A stretch of 64,000 nt of DNA from Gemmataceae bacterium (GCA_041499805.1 JBGQKZ010000010.1:28224-92223), one strand, 5' to 3'. Positions 1-9,700 are shown, counted from the stretch's first letter. The notes: generated from the letters alone by a model not told the origin. Numbers and translations are program-made.

Positions 1-1699
1 GCGGCGTGGTTCGGTCTTCATCCAGGTTGAACGACAGCAGTTTGCTCCAGAGCTTGTTGTCCTGCACGCTCCCTTCGCGGTCGCTGTCGCCGCTGAAATG
101 AGCCGGCACGTCAAAAACCGTGCGGGCCACCACCGGCTGATCGAAGTCGTTGAGTTTCTTTTCGTCGATGGCGAGCCGTACCAGCCGGGCTCGGCTATGG
201 GCGTCCAACAACTCGTTGGTGACGCCACGGCGGCGTTCACCCGGCGGCACTTCCAGCCACAGCTCGCGCTGCAGAAGGGCCGCGGCGCCGTAGAACAGGC
301 TGGTCCGCTCGCAGCGCGAGGAGCCGTCGGCCCCGACGTGGACGTGGGTTTCCTGCTCAATGCGGTTGTCGCCGCGCGTGATCCTCGGTGTCCTCACCAA
401 CCGGCAGGGCGGCGCGCCGGGCTTTGCCGGCACGTCGATTAAGTAGCAAAGCCGATCGCGGTCGTCCCGCGGCAGGTAATCCCAGGCGCCCACGCTCAGG
501 GTCGTGTCGATCCAGTGCTCCTGACCGTCGAGCGTGACCAGCAGGATCGCGTGCGTGCCCCACGGCGACGGTACTTGTTCAAGCACTTGGCCGTCGTCCA
601 GCGTGCCGAGCGTCACGAGCGAGACGGGGATGCCGGCGTCGCGCAGCATCGCCGCGAGGAGTTGACTTTGGTCTTTGCAATCGCCGAAGCGGTTGGCGAA
701 CACCACCGACGGCGTGTGCGGCGTGAAGTCATGCTTCTCGCCCGCCGACACATAACGAATGTTCCGGCGCACCCAATACGTTAATGCCCGTACTTTCTCG
801 AGCGGCGTCTGCAGATCGCGCGTCACTTCTTGCACGATCGGCTTGATCTCCGGCGCGCAATCCCAGCACGCGGCGCGGAGCTGACGCTTCCAGGCGCCGA
901 TTTCGTCCCAGGAGGAAAACGTCGAACACGACACTTGCAGCCGGAATTCCTCTTTCGAGGGGAGGTTTTCATCCTGAGGCAAGCGCGGCCGGTTTGTGGC
1001 GCGCCATACGTATAACCGTTGATCGCCCTCCTCGCTCACGGTCGGCTCGATCTTGCCGCCAATCGCTGCGTGCTTCAGCGTCCGAGTCTTCGCCAAACGC
1101 ACGCGCAGCTCGTCGCGCAGAACGGGCGTGTTGTCGTCGCCGAAGTTGTAAACTGTGAAGAAATGGCCGGCGTATTCCGGGTGCTGCCCGCGCACGGTCC
1201 ATTTCACTTCAATCGTGTCGCCAACCTCGAGGCTGGGGAATGAGATGATGAGCTGCTTCTCGTGGTCGTAGACGAGATAATCCGTGCTCATGTCGCGGAG
1301 CTGCACGTGTTGCGGCTCGATCTGCACAAGGCGACCGTTCGCCTTGTGGACGCACGCCTCGTTCAACGTCAATTTCTGAAATGTCGGGTCGAACGTGATG
1401 TTGCGATATTCGCCAAGCTTCTCGATCGCCTTGCGGCCGCTGAAGCGCGTGATCTCGTGCGTGATCGCCTCGGTGTCGCCGTTGGCCTCGACGAGATAGC
1501 TCGTTCCGGAATAGAGGACGCAGGCCGGTGCGTCGTCGAGAAACTCCTTCGGCGCCTGCTTCCACAGCTCCGCGTCGAAGCGATACGGCTGCGGCTCGCG
1601 CGACGGCCCGCGGGCGACCGGCCATTCCGCTGCGTAAATCTGCCCCGCGAAAACGACCCACAGCGGAACAAGAAGCGCGAAGCGACGCGACGTACGCAT
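1..1699 (-). CDS. Secreted transglutaminase-like cysteine protease-family protein (DUF3857-like N-region), 5'-partial in window
   Basis: Manual reverse-complement translation gives one uninterrupted frame from an ATG at 1699..1697 (GGAGG RBS 6 nt upstream) running off the window start. N-terminus MRTSRRFALLVPLWVVFAG looks like a signal peptide. FANRFGDCKDQSQLLAAMLRDAGIP matches the transglutaminase-like catalytic-Cys core. Absent from the ORF track because no stop falls in the window. Confidence 0.7.
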   Translation of the reverse strand, partial: MRTSRRFALLVPLWVVFAGQIYAAEWPVARGPSREPQPYRFDAELWKQAPKEFLDDAPACVLYSGTSYLVEANGDTEAITHEITRFSGRKAIEKLGEYRNITFDPTFQKLTLNEACVHKANGRLVQIEPQHVQLRDMSTDYLVYDHEKQLIISFPSLEVGDTIEVKWTVRGQHPEYAGHFFTVYNFGDDNTPVLRDELRVRLAKTRTLKHAAIGGKIEPTVSEEGDQRLYVWRATNRPRLPQDENLPSKEEFRLQVSCSTFSSWDEIGAWKRQLRAACWDCAPEIKPIVQEVTRDLQTPLEKVRALTYWVRRNIRYVSAGEKHDFTPHTPSVVFANRFGDCKDQSQLLAAMLRDAGIPVSLVTLGTLDDGQVLEQVPSPWGTHAILLVTLDGQEHWIDTTLSVGAWDYLPRDDRDRLCYLIDVPAKPGAPPCRLVRTPRITRGDNRIEQETHVHVGADGSSRCERTSLFYGAAALLQRELWLEVPPGERRRGVTNELLDAHSRARLVRLAIDEKKLNDFDQPVVARTVFDVPAHFSGDSDREGSVQDNKLWSKLLSFNLDEDRTTP

Positions 1700-1900
1700 G
1701 ATGACCTCCCGGCTGAGGAGAAATTCCGCCTTGCATTGTGCGAAGTTCGACGCTTCGGAACAAGGTCAAGCCGGGACGCCGTCGGCTGCGACATGCCCAC
1801 GCCGCAGCGCCGTAGAGCGCAAACAGGCAGAGAGCGGCGTGGGCATGGCACAACATGAGAAAAAGTTTCCAGGAGGGTCGGCAACGCGTTCGTCGTCGCC

Positions 1901-2368
1901 CTATCCACGGTCGAGGAGGCGGGGATCCAAGGCAAAGGGCATTTTGGCGACGATCGTGAACCGCCGCGCGTCGGCGTGCAGAGGATTGAGCAAGTAATTG
2001 GATTCTCTCGGCACGAGGGCCGACGGCACGCGGAGCACGGCCGTGGTGCGCTGGTCGAGCCAGGCATCGCCCAGCTTCTGAACCGACCGCGGGGCCGGAT
2101 GGCGTCGCCAAGACCTCGGCAAGTCGGCGGGCGTCAGTTCGGCGACAGCCACGCGCGCGGGCACGTCGAGCTCGATTGCGATGAGATCGCGCGGCGCCAG
2201 GTCCGGATCGACATGCACCAAAACTTCCAGACTGGCCAACGCCAGGGACTCCGAGGCGTAGACGACGTGTCGCGGCGCCGTGTGCCAACGGCCGGAGGCG
2301 TACAACCCGCCTTCGCCGCTAAGCGGTTTCTTCGCGAACGCTTTTCGCGCGAGTCGCCACAGCCGCAT
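1901..2368 (-). CDS. RES-domain toxin (RES-Xre type II TA)
   Basis: 155 aa. GGLYASGRWHTAPRHVVYASESLALASLEVLVH carries the conserved R...E...S residues of RES toxins. The start ATG directly abuts the TAA stop of the upstream antitoxin. Confidence 0.8.
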   Translation of the reverse strand: MRLWRLARKAFAKKPLSGEGGLYASGRWHTAPRHVVYASESLALASLEVLVHVDPDLAPRDLIAIELDVPARVAVAELTPADLPRSWRRHPAPRSVQKLGDAWLDQRTTAVLRVPSALVPRESNYLLNPLHADARRFTIVAKMPFALDPRLLDRG

Positions 2369-2815
2369 TTATGCGTACATCCCATGATTGATGCGGGTTA
2401 AGACCTCCTCGACCTGCCGCGCGCCGATCTCGGTGTCGAGCACGCTGAGGGGGGTCTGGCCGCCAAGGGCCCGATTGACGCGGCCTAGCCAAGACCGGGC
2501 CCGGTCGATATTGCCGAGCGTCTGCGCGGCGAGCTGCGTGATGTGCGCCAGCCGATAGAGCCGGTCCGATTCGAGCGGTGAGAGGCGTCGTTGTCGCTTC
2601 CGCCGGGCCAGCGTGCGCGGAGCGGTTCCCAGTACGGCCAAAAGGTCGCGGTGGGCGAGTCCCAGCAGCGCCCCCAGCGACTCCAGCGCCGCGTAGGGCA
2701 GACCCTCGCGAATGGCATGTTGCAGGTCGGCGGGCTCCTTGAACCGGCCAAGCACTCCCGCCCCGCCGAAAAGGTCAGCGGCATTCGCGCCAACGAAGAT
2801 GCTGGTCGCTGTCAT
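2369..2815 (-). CDS. Xre/MbcA/ParS-type antitoxin (DUF2384) partner of the RES toxin
   Basis: The C-terminal 149 aa of the 225-aa ORF (internal ATG at 2815) read MTATSIFVGANAADLFGG...RARSWLGRVNRALGGQTPLSVLDTEIGARQVEEVL, typical of the DUF2384 antitoxin. The upstream extension is Arg-rich and non-protein-like. Tightly coupled to the RES gene. Confidence 0.72.
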   Translation of the reverse strand: MTATSIFVGANAADLFGGAGVLGRFKEPADLQHAIREGLPYAALESLGALLGLAHRDLLAVLGTAPRTLARRKRQRRLSPLESDRLYRLAHITQLAAQTLGNIDRARSWLGRVNRALGGQTPLSVLDTEIGARQVEEVLTRINHGMYA

Positions 2816-3000
2816 ATGGCCTGTATTGTAGTGCCATTTGGCCGAGGCACAAGACGAACGAAGCCAAAACGCCCGGCGAGAAAGGGCACAGCATGAGAAC
2901 CTGTGCTCGTCCGCTGCGCCGTACCCACGCCGCAGCGCCGCAGACCGCAAACAGTCAAAGACCGGCGTGGGCATATCGGCTGCCAGCGCGACCCTTGCAT

Positions 3001-3528
3001 TCACTTGCCCTTCAGGACCATGCACATCTTGGCGATGGTGTCCCAATTCCGTGTGGTCGCCGGTATGCCAAGCTGCTTTTCGACGACTTCATTCGGGTAC
3101 AGCAACTTGTCGCCCAACCGCCGGTAGGCGCTCGGCACCAGTCGGCCGAAGATGCCAAGGAGTTTCACTTGCCAGCGGTCGCCCGGCGGCTGGGTGTACG
3201 GCAACGGCGGCAATTTTTGCGGCCGCTTCGCCAAGACGCAGACGCACCGACGTACATCGTCATCGAATGCCTCGTCCGCAAAGGGGTCCGCTGCGGCTAA
3301 GTCCAGCACTTCGCGTGCGCTACAGATCATCAACTCGGGCTTGAACGGCAATCGTCGGAGAATCTCGGCACGCAGCTTTGCCTGGCCGATTGCCGTGCGG
3401 ACAACAAAAGTGCCTGCGGCGCCAATGTTGACGACATCAAGATCGGCCAGCTCTTTCGCGAGGGCGCTGGGCCGAAAAGTTTGATGGCCGCCGACATTGG
3501 CGGCGCGGAAGAAGACGACGGAAGGCAT
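3001..3528 (-). CDS. DUF1697 family protein
   Basis: Internal ATG at 3528 gives MPSVVFFRAANVGGHQTFRPSALAKELADLDVVNIGAAGTFVV..., the characteristic DUF1697 N-terminus. The longer ORF extension has poor composition. Confidence 0.6.
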   Translation of the reverse strand: MPSVVFFRAANVGGHQTFRPSALAKELADLDVVNIGAAGTFVVRTAIGQAKLRAEILRRLPFKPELMICSAREVLDLAAADPFADEAFDDDVRRCVCVLAKRPQKLPPLPYTQPPGDRWQVKLLGIFGRLVPSAYRRLGDKLLYPNEVVEKQLGIPATTRNWDTIAKMCMVLKGK

Positions 3529-3700
3529 GAAGGAACTCCCAAGCGGCGGCTTCGACAAGATTTTCAACTGCTCTCCTTGACTTCCCCTTGGCGATTTTGT
3601 TACGGTCGGTCTAGTGGACAAATGAATAACAAACATAACACCCCAATAGGGCACGAACAACCAATTTCCAATCTCGATGTTAGTCATTCGGAGCAGAGCC

Positions 3701-4792
3701 ATGAGCGATACTTGTGTACAAGCCGTTGCCGATGCAGAAGTTGCGACCGTTGGACAACACTTGTCCGTTGCGGATGCCGGATTTCTCGGGCAGTCGCTCG
3801 ATGATCTCCGTGCCGCAGCTGTGATCGAAACGCAGTGGCTTTGGCACGGCTACCTGGCCGAGGGGAACGTAACGCTGCTGACCAGCCAGTGGAAATCGGG
3901 CAAAACCACGTTGCTCTCGGTCCTGCTCTCGAAGTTGAAAGCAGGCGGAACGTTGGGCGGACTCGCGGTGCGGGCCGGGACGGCGGCGGTGGTGTCGGAG
4001 GAACACGCCGGCATCTGGCTGCGGCGCAGTCAGTCGCTCGATTTCGGCCGGCATGTCCGCTGGTTCTGTCGCCCGTTCCGCGGCCAACCGACGGTGGAGC
4101 GCTGGAACGCCCTGATTGATTCGCTGTGCGACCTGCGTCGCCGCGAAGGGCTGGACCTGGTCGTGATCGATCCTCTGGCTTCATTTCTCCCCAGCCGCAA
4201 CGAAAACAACTCCGGCGTGATGATGGCCGCCTTGCTCCCCTTACAACGGCTGGCCGCCGAGGGGGTGAGCGTCCTCATCCTGCACCATCCGCGCAAAAAA
4301 GAAGCAGTCGAAGGCCAACTCGCCCGCGGCAGCGGCGCCCTGTCCGGCTTTGTGGATATCCTCATGGAGATGCACGTCTACACGCGCGGCGAGCCGAGCG
4401 ACCGCCGGCGTCGTGTGCAAGCGTTCTCGCGCCATCCCGAAACGCCGGGACACATTGTCCTGGAGTTGAACGCCGACGGCACCGACTACCTGGGCCGCGG
4501 CGACTACGACGAGCGCTCGTTCGGCGACTGCTGGGGCGCGCTCGAACGCATCTTCGCCAACGCCCGCCGGAAGCTGACCCGCCGCGACGTCCTCGACGAA
4601 TGGCCGGACGACTCGCCCAAGCCGACCGACATGACGGTCGGCCGCTGGCTGACGCATGCGCTCGACGACGCGAAAATCGTGCGCGATGGCGCGGGCACGA
4701 AGACGAAACCGTATCGGTATTGGATCAAAGGGCGGGAGAAGTATTTTGGGATGGGCGGGCTCGATCTCGATTTGGATGAATTGTGGGCGTGA
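3701..4792 (+). CDS. AAA_25 / RecA-like P-loop ATPase (RepA-like; often on integrative or plasmid elements)
   Basis: Walker A TSQWKSGKTTLLSVL and Walker-B-like LDLVVIDPLASF, then LILHHPRKK. Second ATG at 3701 has a GGAG RBS. Low-GC divergent intergenic region upstream. Confidence 0.7.
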   Translation: MSDTCVQAVADAEVATVGQHLSVADAGFLGQSLDDLRAAAVIETQWLWHGYLAEGNVTLLTSQWKSGKTTLLSVLLSKLKAGGTLGGLAVRAGTAAVVSEEHAGIWLRRSQSLDFGRHVRWFCRPFRGQPTVERWNALIDSLCDLRRREGLDLVVIDPLASFLPSRNENNSGVMMAALLPLQRLAAEGVSVLILHHPRKKEAVEGQLARGSGALSGFVDILMEMHVYTRGEPSDRRRRVQAFSRHPETPGHIVLELNADGTDYLGRGDYDERSFGDCWGALERIFANARRKLTRRDVLDEWPDDSPKPTDMTVGRWLTHALDDAKIVRDGAGTKTKPYRYWIKGREKYFGMGGLDLDLDELWA

Positions 4793-5065
4793 AGCGGGGG
4801 ACATCATGCGCGGCGGCGGCGGGGCGAAACAGGAGATCCGGCGGCAGCGCCGGCCTCCGGTTCTTTGGCGAGGGCATTCGGGCTGAAGGTTTGTTCGCCG
4901 CCGGTGTTGGTGGCGCGGAAGAAGACGATGGAGGGCGTGAAGTCACTCAGAAGGCTGGGCCGTACGCGCGCTGTCCGTTCGTCGCTGGCCGTCGCCGTTC
5001 GTCACGCGACGTATTAGCGGCAAAGCGCTGCGAACCTCACTTGTGGCAGCGGTGTCCACCCATCC

Positions 5066-5872
5066 ATGGACACGAACCTTTTGAATACCAAGTTCAGGCG
5101 GATCGGCGCACGCCTTAAGATCGCCGACGGCGCCGGCCGTGTCAATCGGACGGCCGGAGTCATTTCCCTGGATGTGCGAGCCGACCGCAAGGGCGAGTTC
5201 TTCGAGGTCGTGCGCCGGCCGGGAGCGGAGGCCGAGATCGCGGTCCTCGACCTTCGGGCTGCGGACCGCCATTTGCTCCTCCTCGTCCGGGAGAGTAAGG
5301 ACAAGAGCAAGTTTCTCTGCGGCCACGACGAGCGCCACTGGTTCGTCGCCGGCATTCCGGAGTCCGCACCGGTCGGCACCGTCGGTCAGGCCAAGGAAGC
5401 GTTGAAGCCCGTCGAAGTCTTGAACGCCCAGGTGGAAAAGTGCCTTCGGGCCAAGGCCCGCAATCGCCGCAAGAACGCCGCTTTTGTCCGCCAGGGTGAG
5501 TGGTTCTTCCTGCCGGCCCGGGACTTCGCCGTGGACGAGAAGCTGGTCCTGCCGAACGAGCCGCTGCGCCGGGGCAGCCGCAGCAAGCCCCATTGGGCCG
5601 AGTCTTGCTACCGCACGGGCGGCGAGACGGTCTACGTCTGCTCCCGGTACCCCAACGGCGTCACCGAGACGCCTTACAAGGCCATCCTCGCCCGTAGCCC
5701 GAAGGCCAAGGGCTGGGGCTGGCGCCCAATGCGGCGCAATCCTGGCGTTTACGTCCGGGGTCGCGTCCGACACGCCGACCACGGAACGGTCACGCTCCAC
5801 GGCTGGCACCGCGTCGTGCTGAACACCGAGGGGCAGTCGAAGGCGATGAAGAACGTGGCCTTCCTCGATTGA
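5066..5872 (+). CDS. Hypothetical protein (268 aa, Lys/Arg-rich, no recognised domain)
   Basis: Balanced, protein-like composition, unlike the overlapping minus-frame ORFs, which are Ala/Arg/Gly artefacts. Follows the AAA_25 ATPase on the same strand. Confidence 0.5.
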   Translation: MDTNLLNTKFRRIGARLKIADGAGRVNRTAGVISLDVRADRKGEFFEVVRRPGAEAEIAVLDLRAADRHLLLLVRESKDKSKFLCGHDERHWFVAGIPESAPVGTVGQAKEALKPVEVLNAQVEKCLRAKARNRRKNAAFVRQGEWFFLPARDFAVDEKLVLPNEPLRRGSRSKPHWAESCYRTGGETVYVCSRYPNGVTETPYKAILARSPKAKGWGWRPMRRNPGVYVRGRVRHADHGTVTLHGWHRVVLNTEGQSKAMKNVAFLD

Positions 5873-5989
5873 CGCGCGAACAAGGTTGAGAAGAAGGGCG
5901 CCCGTGGTCCCAATACCCCGCGGAGCTACGTCCGTGGTAGCTGGTTTGCGATCCGGCCGATGTATCCACCTAGTCCTGGTCTGGTGGGT

Positions 5990-6325
5990 TCAGGGTCTCT
6001 GTCCACGATTGACTCGAATACACCATCTGCCTTGAGAACGGCCGACGAGCGCCGCATGTATACGCGAAGCCAAGGAAACGGGATTCTTGGGGTCTTGTGT
6101 CGCGGTCACAATTCCGCTGTGCGCCGTCCCTTGATGATCTAAGCGCTCGTAATGACGGCGGTTGTGCGTGAGCACCGCTCGATTGAGCGCGTGGGCGCGG
6201 GCCAAAATGTCAGGGTCGGGCGCAGCCCGTCGGTTGTCTTCTTGAGCCGTCAGCACATCATGACCAAGCCGGCGCAGTTCCGCGACTGCCCCAAGGGGGA
6301 AATCCTCATCGGCGTAGAGCAGCAT
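5990..6325 (-). CDS. DUF5615 (PIN-like) toxin-family protein
   Basis: MLLYADEDFPLGAVAELRRLGHDVLTAQED...ILARAHALNRAVLTHNRRHY matches the DUF5615 pattern. Sits immediately downstream of a DUF433 gene. Confidence 0.7.
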   Translation of the reverse strand: MLLYADEDFPLGAVAELRRLGHDVLTAQEDNRRAAPDPDILARAHALNRAVLTHNRRHYERLDHQGTAHSGIVTATQDPKNPVSLASRIHAALVGRSQGRWCIRVNRGQRP

Positions 6326-6331
6326 CCGGGA

Positions 6332-6652
6332 TCACTCCGCAATTCCGCCTTCCCCTTTTTCGTTCTCCCGAATGACGCCGTCGATCTCGGCTGCGTGATC
6401 CGCGGCATATCCCCACGCGGCGTCGAGATCGGCCGGAGTCAAGGAAGGATAATCGCGCAGCAGGTCCGCATCCAATCCACCCAGGCGGCGATAGTTGACG
6501 AGCACCCAAACCGGAATCCTGCTGTCCCGAATGCAGGCATCCCCGCCGCAGCGATCGGGTCTCTTGGAAATGCGGACGGCGCTCGTGTGTGCGATCCCAC
6601 TGCCGAAGGCACGCAATCGCGTCGGTGGATCGTAAACGGCTGCCTGGCTCAT
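6332..6652 (-). CDS. DUF433 antitoxin-family protein
   Basis: Internal ATG at 6652. CGGDACIRDSRIPVWVLVNYRRLGGLDADLLRDYPSLTPADLDAAWGYAADH matches DUF433 (GKPCIRGTRIPV...YP.LT..DI..AL.Y). The start overlaps the stop of the upstream gene as ATGA. Confidence 0.7.
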   Translation of the reverse strand: MSQAAVYDPPTRLRAFGSGIAHTSAVRISKRPDRCGGDACIRDSRIPVWVLVNYRRLGGLDADLLRDYPSLTPADLDAAWGYAADHAAEIDGVIRENEKGEGGIAE

Positions 6653-7101
6653 GACGAACCTCCGAGCGGAAGAACCTCTATTTTTACCTGGCCGAGGATT
6701 TGGAACCCGCCGGCGCCGGCATCCTGGGTTCGGAGGGATAGCCGGACAAAATAGACGCCGGGAGTCGGAAAAGACACTCCTTGGTAATTGAGGCAAATGG
6801 TGGTCCAGTTGCCCCGCTCGGGATTTCTAGGATGTGGAAATGGTTTAATAGAAAGCCACATATCGGGCGACATGTCAGGCGGGAGAGCGCACCCATCAGG
6901 ACCGATGATTTCTCCGTGCAAAAGGTAACTCTTTCCCATCTCGTCGGCCGGAAACGTAACACGTCCGACGAGGGCCATCGCAGACTTGGTTGCCGGAAAC
7001 GCCTGCGGTTTGAGAACGTCGAACCCGCCACCAACGACGGCAAAGAGGCCGTCGTCCGTGATCGTCGCGGCGTCGGCGAGAAACGCGAAATCAAGCTTCA
7101 T
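6649..7101 (-). CDS. Hypothetical protein (151 aa), translationally coupled to the DUF433-DUF5615 pair
   Basis: Protein-like C-terminal 151 aa (MKLDFAFLADAATITDDGLFAVVGGGFDVLKPQ...) from an internal ATG at 7101. The longer N-extension is Cys/Arg-rich junk. Its TGA overlaps the DUF433 ATG. Confidence 0.45.
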   Translation of the reverse strand: MKLDFAFLADAATITDDGLFAVVGGGFDVLKPQAFPATKSAMALVGRVTFPADEMGKSYLLHGEIIGPDGCALPPDMSPDMWLSIKPFPHPRNPERGNWTTICLNYQGVSFPTPGVYFVRLSLRTQDAGAGGFQILGQVKIEVLPLGGSS

Positions 7102-7219
7102 AAGGCCTACCCGACCTGCTTCTCGAAAGAATCGAGACCAAGTATTCAGCTTGCTCCAATTGTACCAACGAATCGAAAGTCCGACACAATGCTGCCGTGT
7201 TCGAAGCTGGCGTAACGAT

Positions 7220-7978
7220 TCACGCGGCTGGCGGCGGCCCCTCCAGCACCCCGCGCCAAAACCCCGGCAGCCCCTCATACGCCGCCTGGTAGGTTGGTTC
7301 CAGCGGCACGTTGACATACCGGTCCGGCCGCAGAAACAGCGGCATTTCCGGCAGGGCGGCGCCGACGGCGACGTGTTCCAGGTACACGTCGAGTTGCGGG
7401 CCGGCGGTGTAGCTGGCAAGCGTCAACGGTTCTTCGGTGGGAAGATCGTAGATCGTTTCCGAGCCCTCAAGGCGCTGGTGAAGCACGCCGTGAATGCCCT
7501 GCGGATCGTGCGGACCGGGCGGGAACGGGTCCACGACGAGAACGTGAATCCCTGCATCGAGCGCGGCGACGGCTTTGGCCGCAAAGTCGTCGAGATGACT
7601 TGCGCGATCCTTGTTCGCAAGGGACAGAATCTCGATGAGCGCCACGAGGCGGTGGCCGCTCACATGCCGAATGGCGACTGTACGCCGGCGAGCGAGCAGC
7701 CCGGATGGGAGCGTTAGTCTTCGACGCACGCGCGGCGGGCCTTCCGCAACGGCAGTTCCACCCGTCGCGGACGGCCAGGGCGTCGGCTCGCGCGACTCCG
7801 CACCGGTGTGGAGCGTCAACACGTCGGCAATCCCTCGGCCCGCGTGCTGTTCGGCGAGAGCGTAGTACCCTTCCGGCAATACGCCGCCGTTTAGCGCCTT
7901 CTGGATTTCCGGCACCCAGCCGACGTGGAAAGCGTGAGAGATCCCTGCTTCGACTCGCGTCCAATCATGCACGGGCAT
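7220..7978 (-). CDS. DUF4058/Uma2-like (restriction-endonuclease fold) family protein
   Basis: MPVHDWTRVEAGISHAFHVGWVPEIQKALNGGVL... resembles the DUF4058 N-terminal pattern. The family call is tentative. Confidence 0.45.
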   Translation of the reverse strand: MPVHDWTRVEAGISHAFHVGWVPEIQKALNGGVLPEGYYALAEQHAGRGIADVLTLHTGAESREPTPWPSATGGTAVAEGPPRVRRRLTLPSGLLARRRTVAIRHVSGHRLVALIEILSLANKDRASHLDDFAAKAVAALDAGIHVLVVDPFPPGPHDPQGIHGVLHQRLEGSETIYDLPTEEPLTLASYTAGPQLDVYLEHVAVGAALPEMPLFLRPDRYVNVPLEPTYQAAYEGLPGFWRGVLEGPPPAA

Positions 7979-8080
7979 GGTCCGTTCTCCGCAACTGGGA
8001 ACGAACATGATTATATCACGGCCATAGGCTGAAAAAACTGGGACGGAGACAGCATCGCCATCCCCGTCCCGTTCACTACC

Positions 8081-9700
8081 CTACACCTCCACCGCCTCCA
8101 CTTCCCGCACAAACCGCTCCTCGTCCGCGCTCAGGAAGGCGGCCACGACGTTGAACACTGCGTCGCTGAAGCCGCCGATGTTCAGGATGTCCGAGCGGTC
8201 GGGGGCCTGCGTGGTGGCATAGGGCTGGAGGTCGATGCACACCAGCTTCGGGGCCGCCGCGCCGCGCGGGTGCAGGCGGGCCTGCTGGACGACGAACGAC
8301 TGCCAGGCGGTCATGACGCCGGTCGAGCCGTGGCGGCCGACGCCGATCCAGCTTTCCATGTCGCTGACCAGGATGCAGCCGGCGAACGGACGCTTGCCGT
8401 GGCGCGCGACGGCTTCCTTCAGCGGCAGCGCGCAGTCGGTGCCGCCGCCGCCGTACTGGGCCAGGCGCGTGGCCAGGCTCAGGATGGTGTCGTGCGGATC
8501 GACCGTGACCCGGTGCGTCTTGTCGTCGAACGGAATCAGGACGCTGTCCGGGTTGCGGCGGAGGATGGCGGCGGCGAATAGGGCCGCCACGTCCACGCAG
8601 CGGACTCGGCTGGTGGCGCCGCGGCCGCGGCGGCCGGTGATCGGCGACTGCATCGAGCCCGACACGTCCAGGCCGATGACGACGGGCTCCGGCAGCTCCG
8701 GCACGTTGCCGCACGCGATCTCCGCCGCCTGAGCGAGGGCGGCCTTGATCTTCTGCGGCAGATTCGTGTCCGCGTTCAGGTACGCCGCCAGGTACTGGTA
8801 CGGGAACTGGCGCGACGCGCGGATTTCGTCCGCATCGGCGATCTTCGCGGCGACGAAATCGATCACGTCGGCATCCGCGAAGGCGTCGTGGCGCAGAAGC
8901 GTGTTCAGATTCATGCGCAGCGCCTGCGGACCCATCTGGCGGGCGATGGCCTTCCAGACGAGCGGGCCGCGCGCAGCATCGGCGAGCAGGTCCCAGCGGA
9001 AGCGGGCGTTCTCCAGAATCTGCACCTGCTCCTCCGGCGTGGCGGCCTTGCGGTAGGTGTCGAGGGCTCGCACTTCCTCCGGCAGGTCGTCCGCCGTCGC
9101 GGGCGACCACTTCTCAAGCGGGCGGTCCGTCAGCCAGCCGAAGAGGGCGCGGCGGGCGTCGTCCTTCGGCGTCGGGCGAGCCAGGCGAAGCACGTCGCGC
9201 AGGCTCGGGTCGTTGCCGATCGACGCGGCAAGCAGTCGGCTGACGCTCGCTTCATTCAGCCAGCGCTGGCAGGCACGCTGCGGCGCGTACGACAGGCTCT
9301 TGCGGCCGAACTGGCCCGAGCGGAGCATCTGGAAGAACGTGCGCAGGAACCGGCCGTTATCGACCACGCGGTCGAACACTCGACGGAACAGGGCACGGTC
9401 ACGCTTCGACAGGAGCAGCAACAGTGCCGCCGGCATGTCCTTCATGTAGGCGCGCTCGCGGCTGTAGAGAGCCAGCTTCGCCAGGAAGACATTGTCGTCC
9501 ACCGCGTTCGCCAGCGCGAGCAGCGTGGCGAGCTGGTTTTCCGCGTGCGCGTAGAAAATGCCGTTGAAGCAACCGGTGGCGGCGAGCTGGGCCAGCGCGT
9601 GCTTCGGCGGCAGGCGGTAGGCCGGAGCGCCCTCTTCATTGCGCGCCTCGGCGCGCGGCAGCAGGCTCGCCAGACTTGCAAACAGACCCTTGTTCGCCAT
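8081..9700 (-). CDS. rsr: Ro60-related protein Rsr (TROVE domain + C-terminal vWA/MIDAS)
   Basis: 539 aa. [14 protein letters not shown] resembles the TROVE GTEGGTYYA motif. The C-terminus has a vWA MIDAS motif ([11 protein letters not shown]). ATG at 9700 is preceded by a GAGGAG RBS. The overlapping 344-aa minus ORF in another frame is an artefact. Confidence 0.85.
   Translation of the reverse strand: MANKGLFASLASLLPRAEARNEEGAPAYRLPPKHALAQLAATGCFNGIFYAHAENQLATLLALANAVDDNVFLAKLALYSRERAYMKDMPAALLLLLSKRDRALFRRVFDRVVDNGRFLRTFFQMLRSGQFGRKSLSYAPQRACQRWLNEASVSRLLAASIGNDPSLRDVLRLARPTPKDDARRALFGWLTDRPLEKWSPATADDLPEEVRALDTYRKAATPEEQVQILENARFRWDLLADAARGPLVWKAIARQMGPQALRMNLNTLLRHDAFADADVIDFVAAKIADADEIRASRQFPYQYLAAYLNADTNLPQKIKAALAQAAEIACGNVPELPEPVVIGLDVSGSMQSPITGRRGRGATSRVRCVDVAALFAAAILRRNPDSVLIPFDDKTHRVTVDPHDTILSLATRLAQYGGGGTDCALPLKEAVARHGKRPFAGCILVSDMESWIGVGRHGSTGVMTAWQSFVVQQARLHPRGAAAPKLVCIDLQPYATTQAPDRSDILNIGGFSDAVFNVVAAFLSADEERFVREVEAVEV

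Noticed and set aside
1209-2288. 359-aa minus-strand ORF and the 198/232-aa ORFs overlapping it
   Set aside because: Arg/Ala/Gly/Pro-dominated composition typical of off-frame reading in high-GC DNA. The same DNA encodes the well-formed transglutaminase-like protein (<1..1699) and the RES toxin (1901..2368) in other frames.
8076-9110. 344-aa minus ORF and several >100-aa plus ORFs inside rsr
   Set aside because: Alternative-frame artefacts within the Ro60 gene (RPGR/RRR-rich, no motifs).
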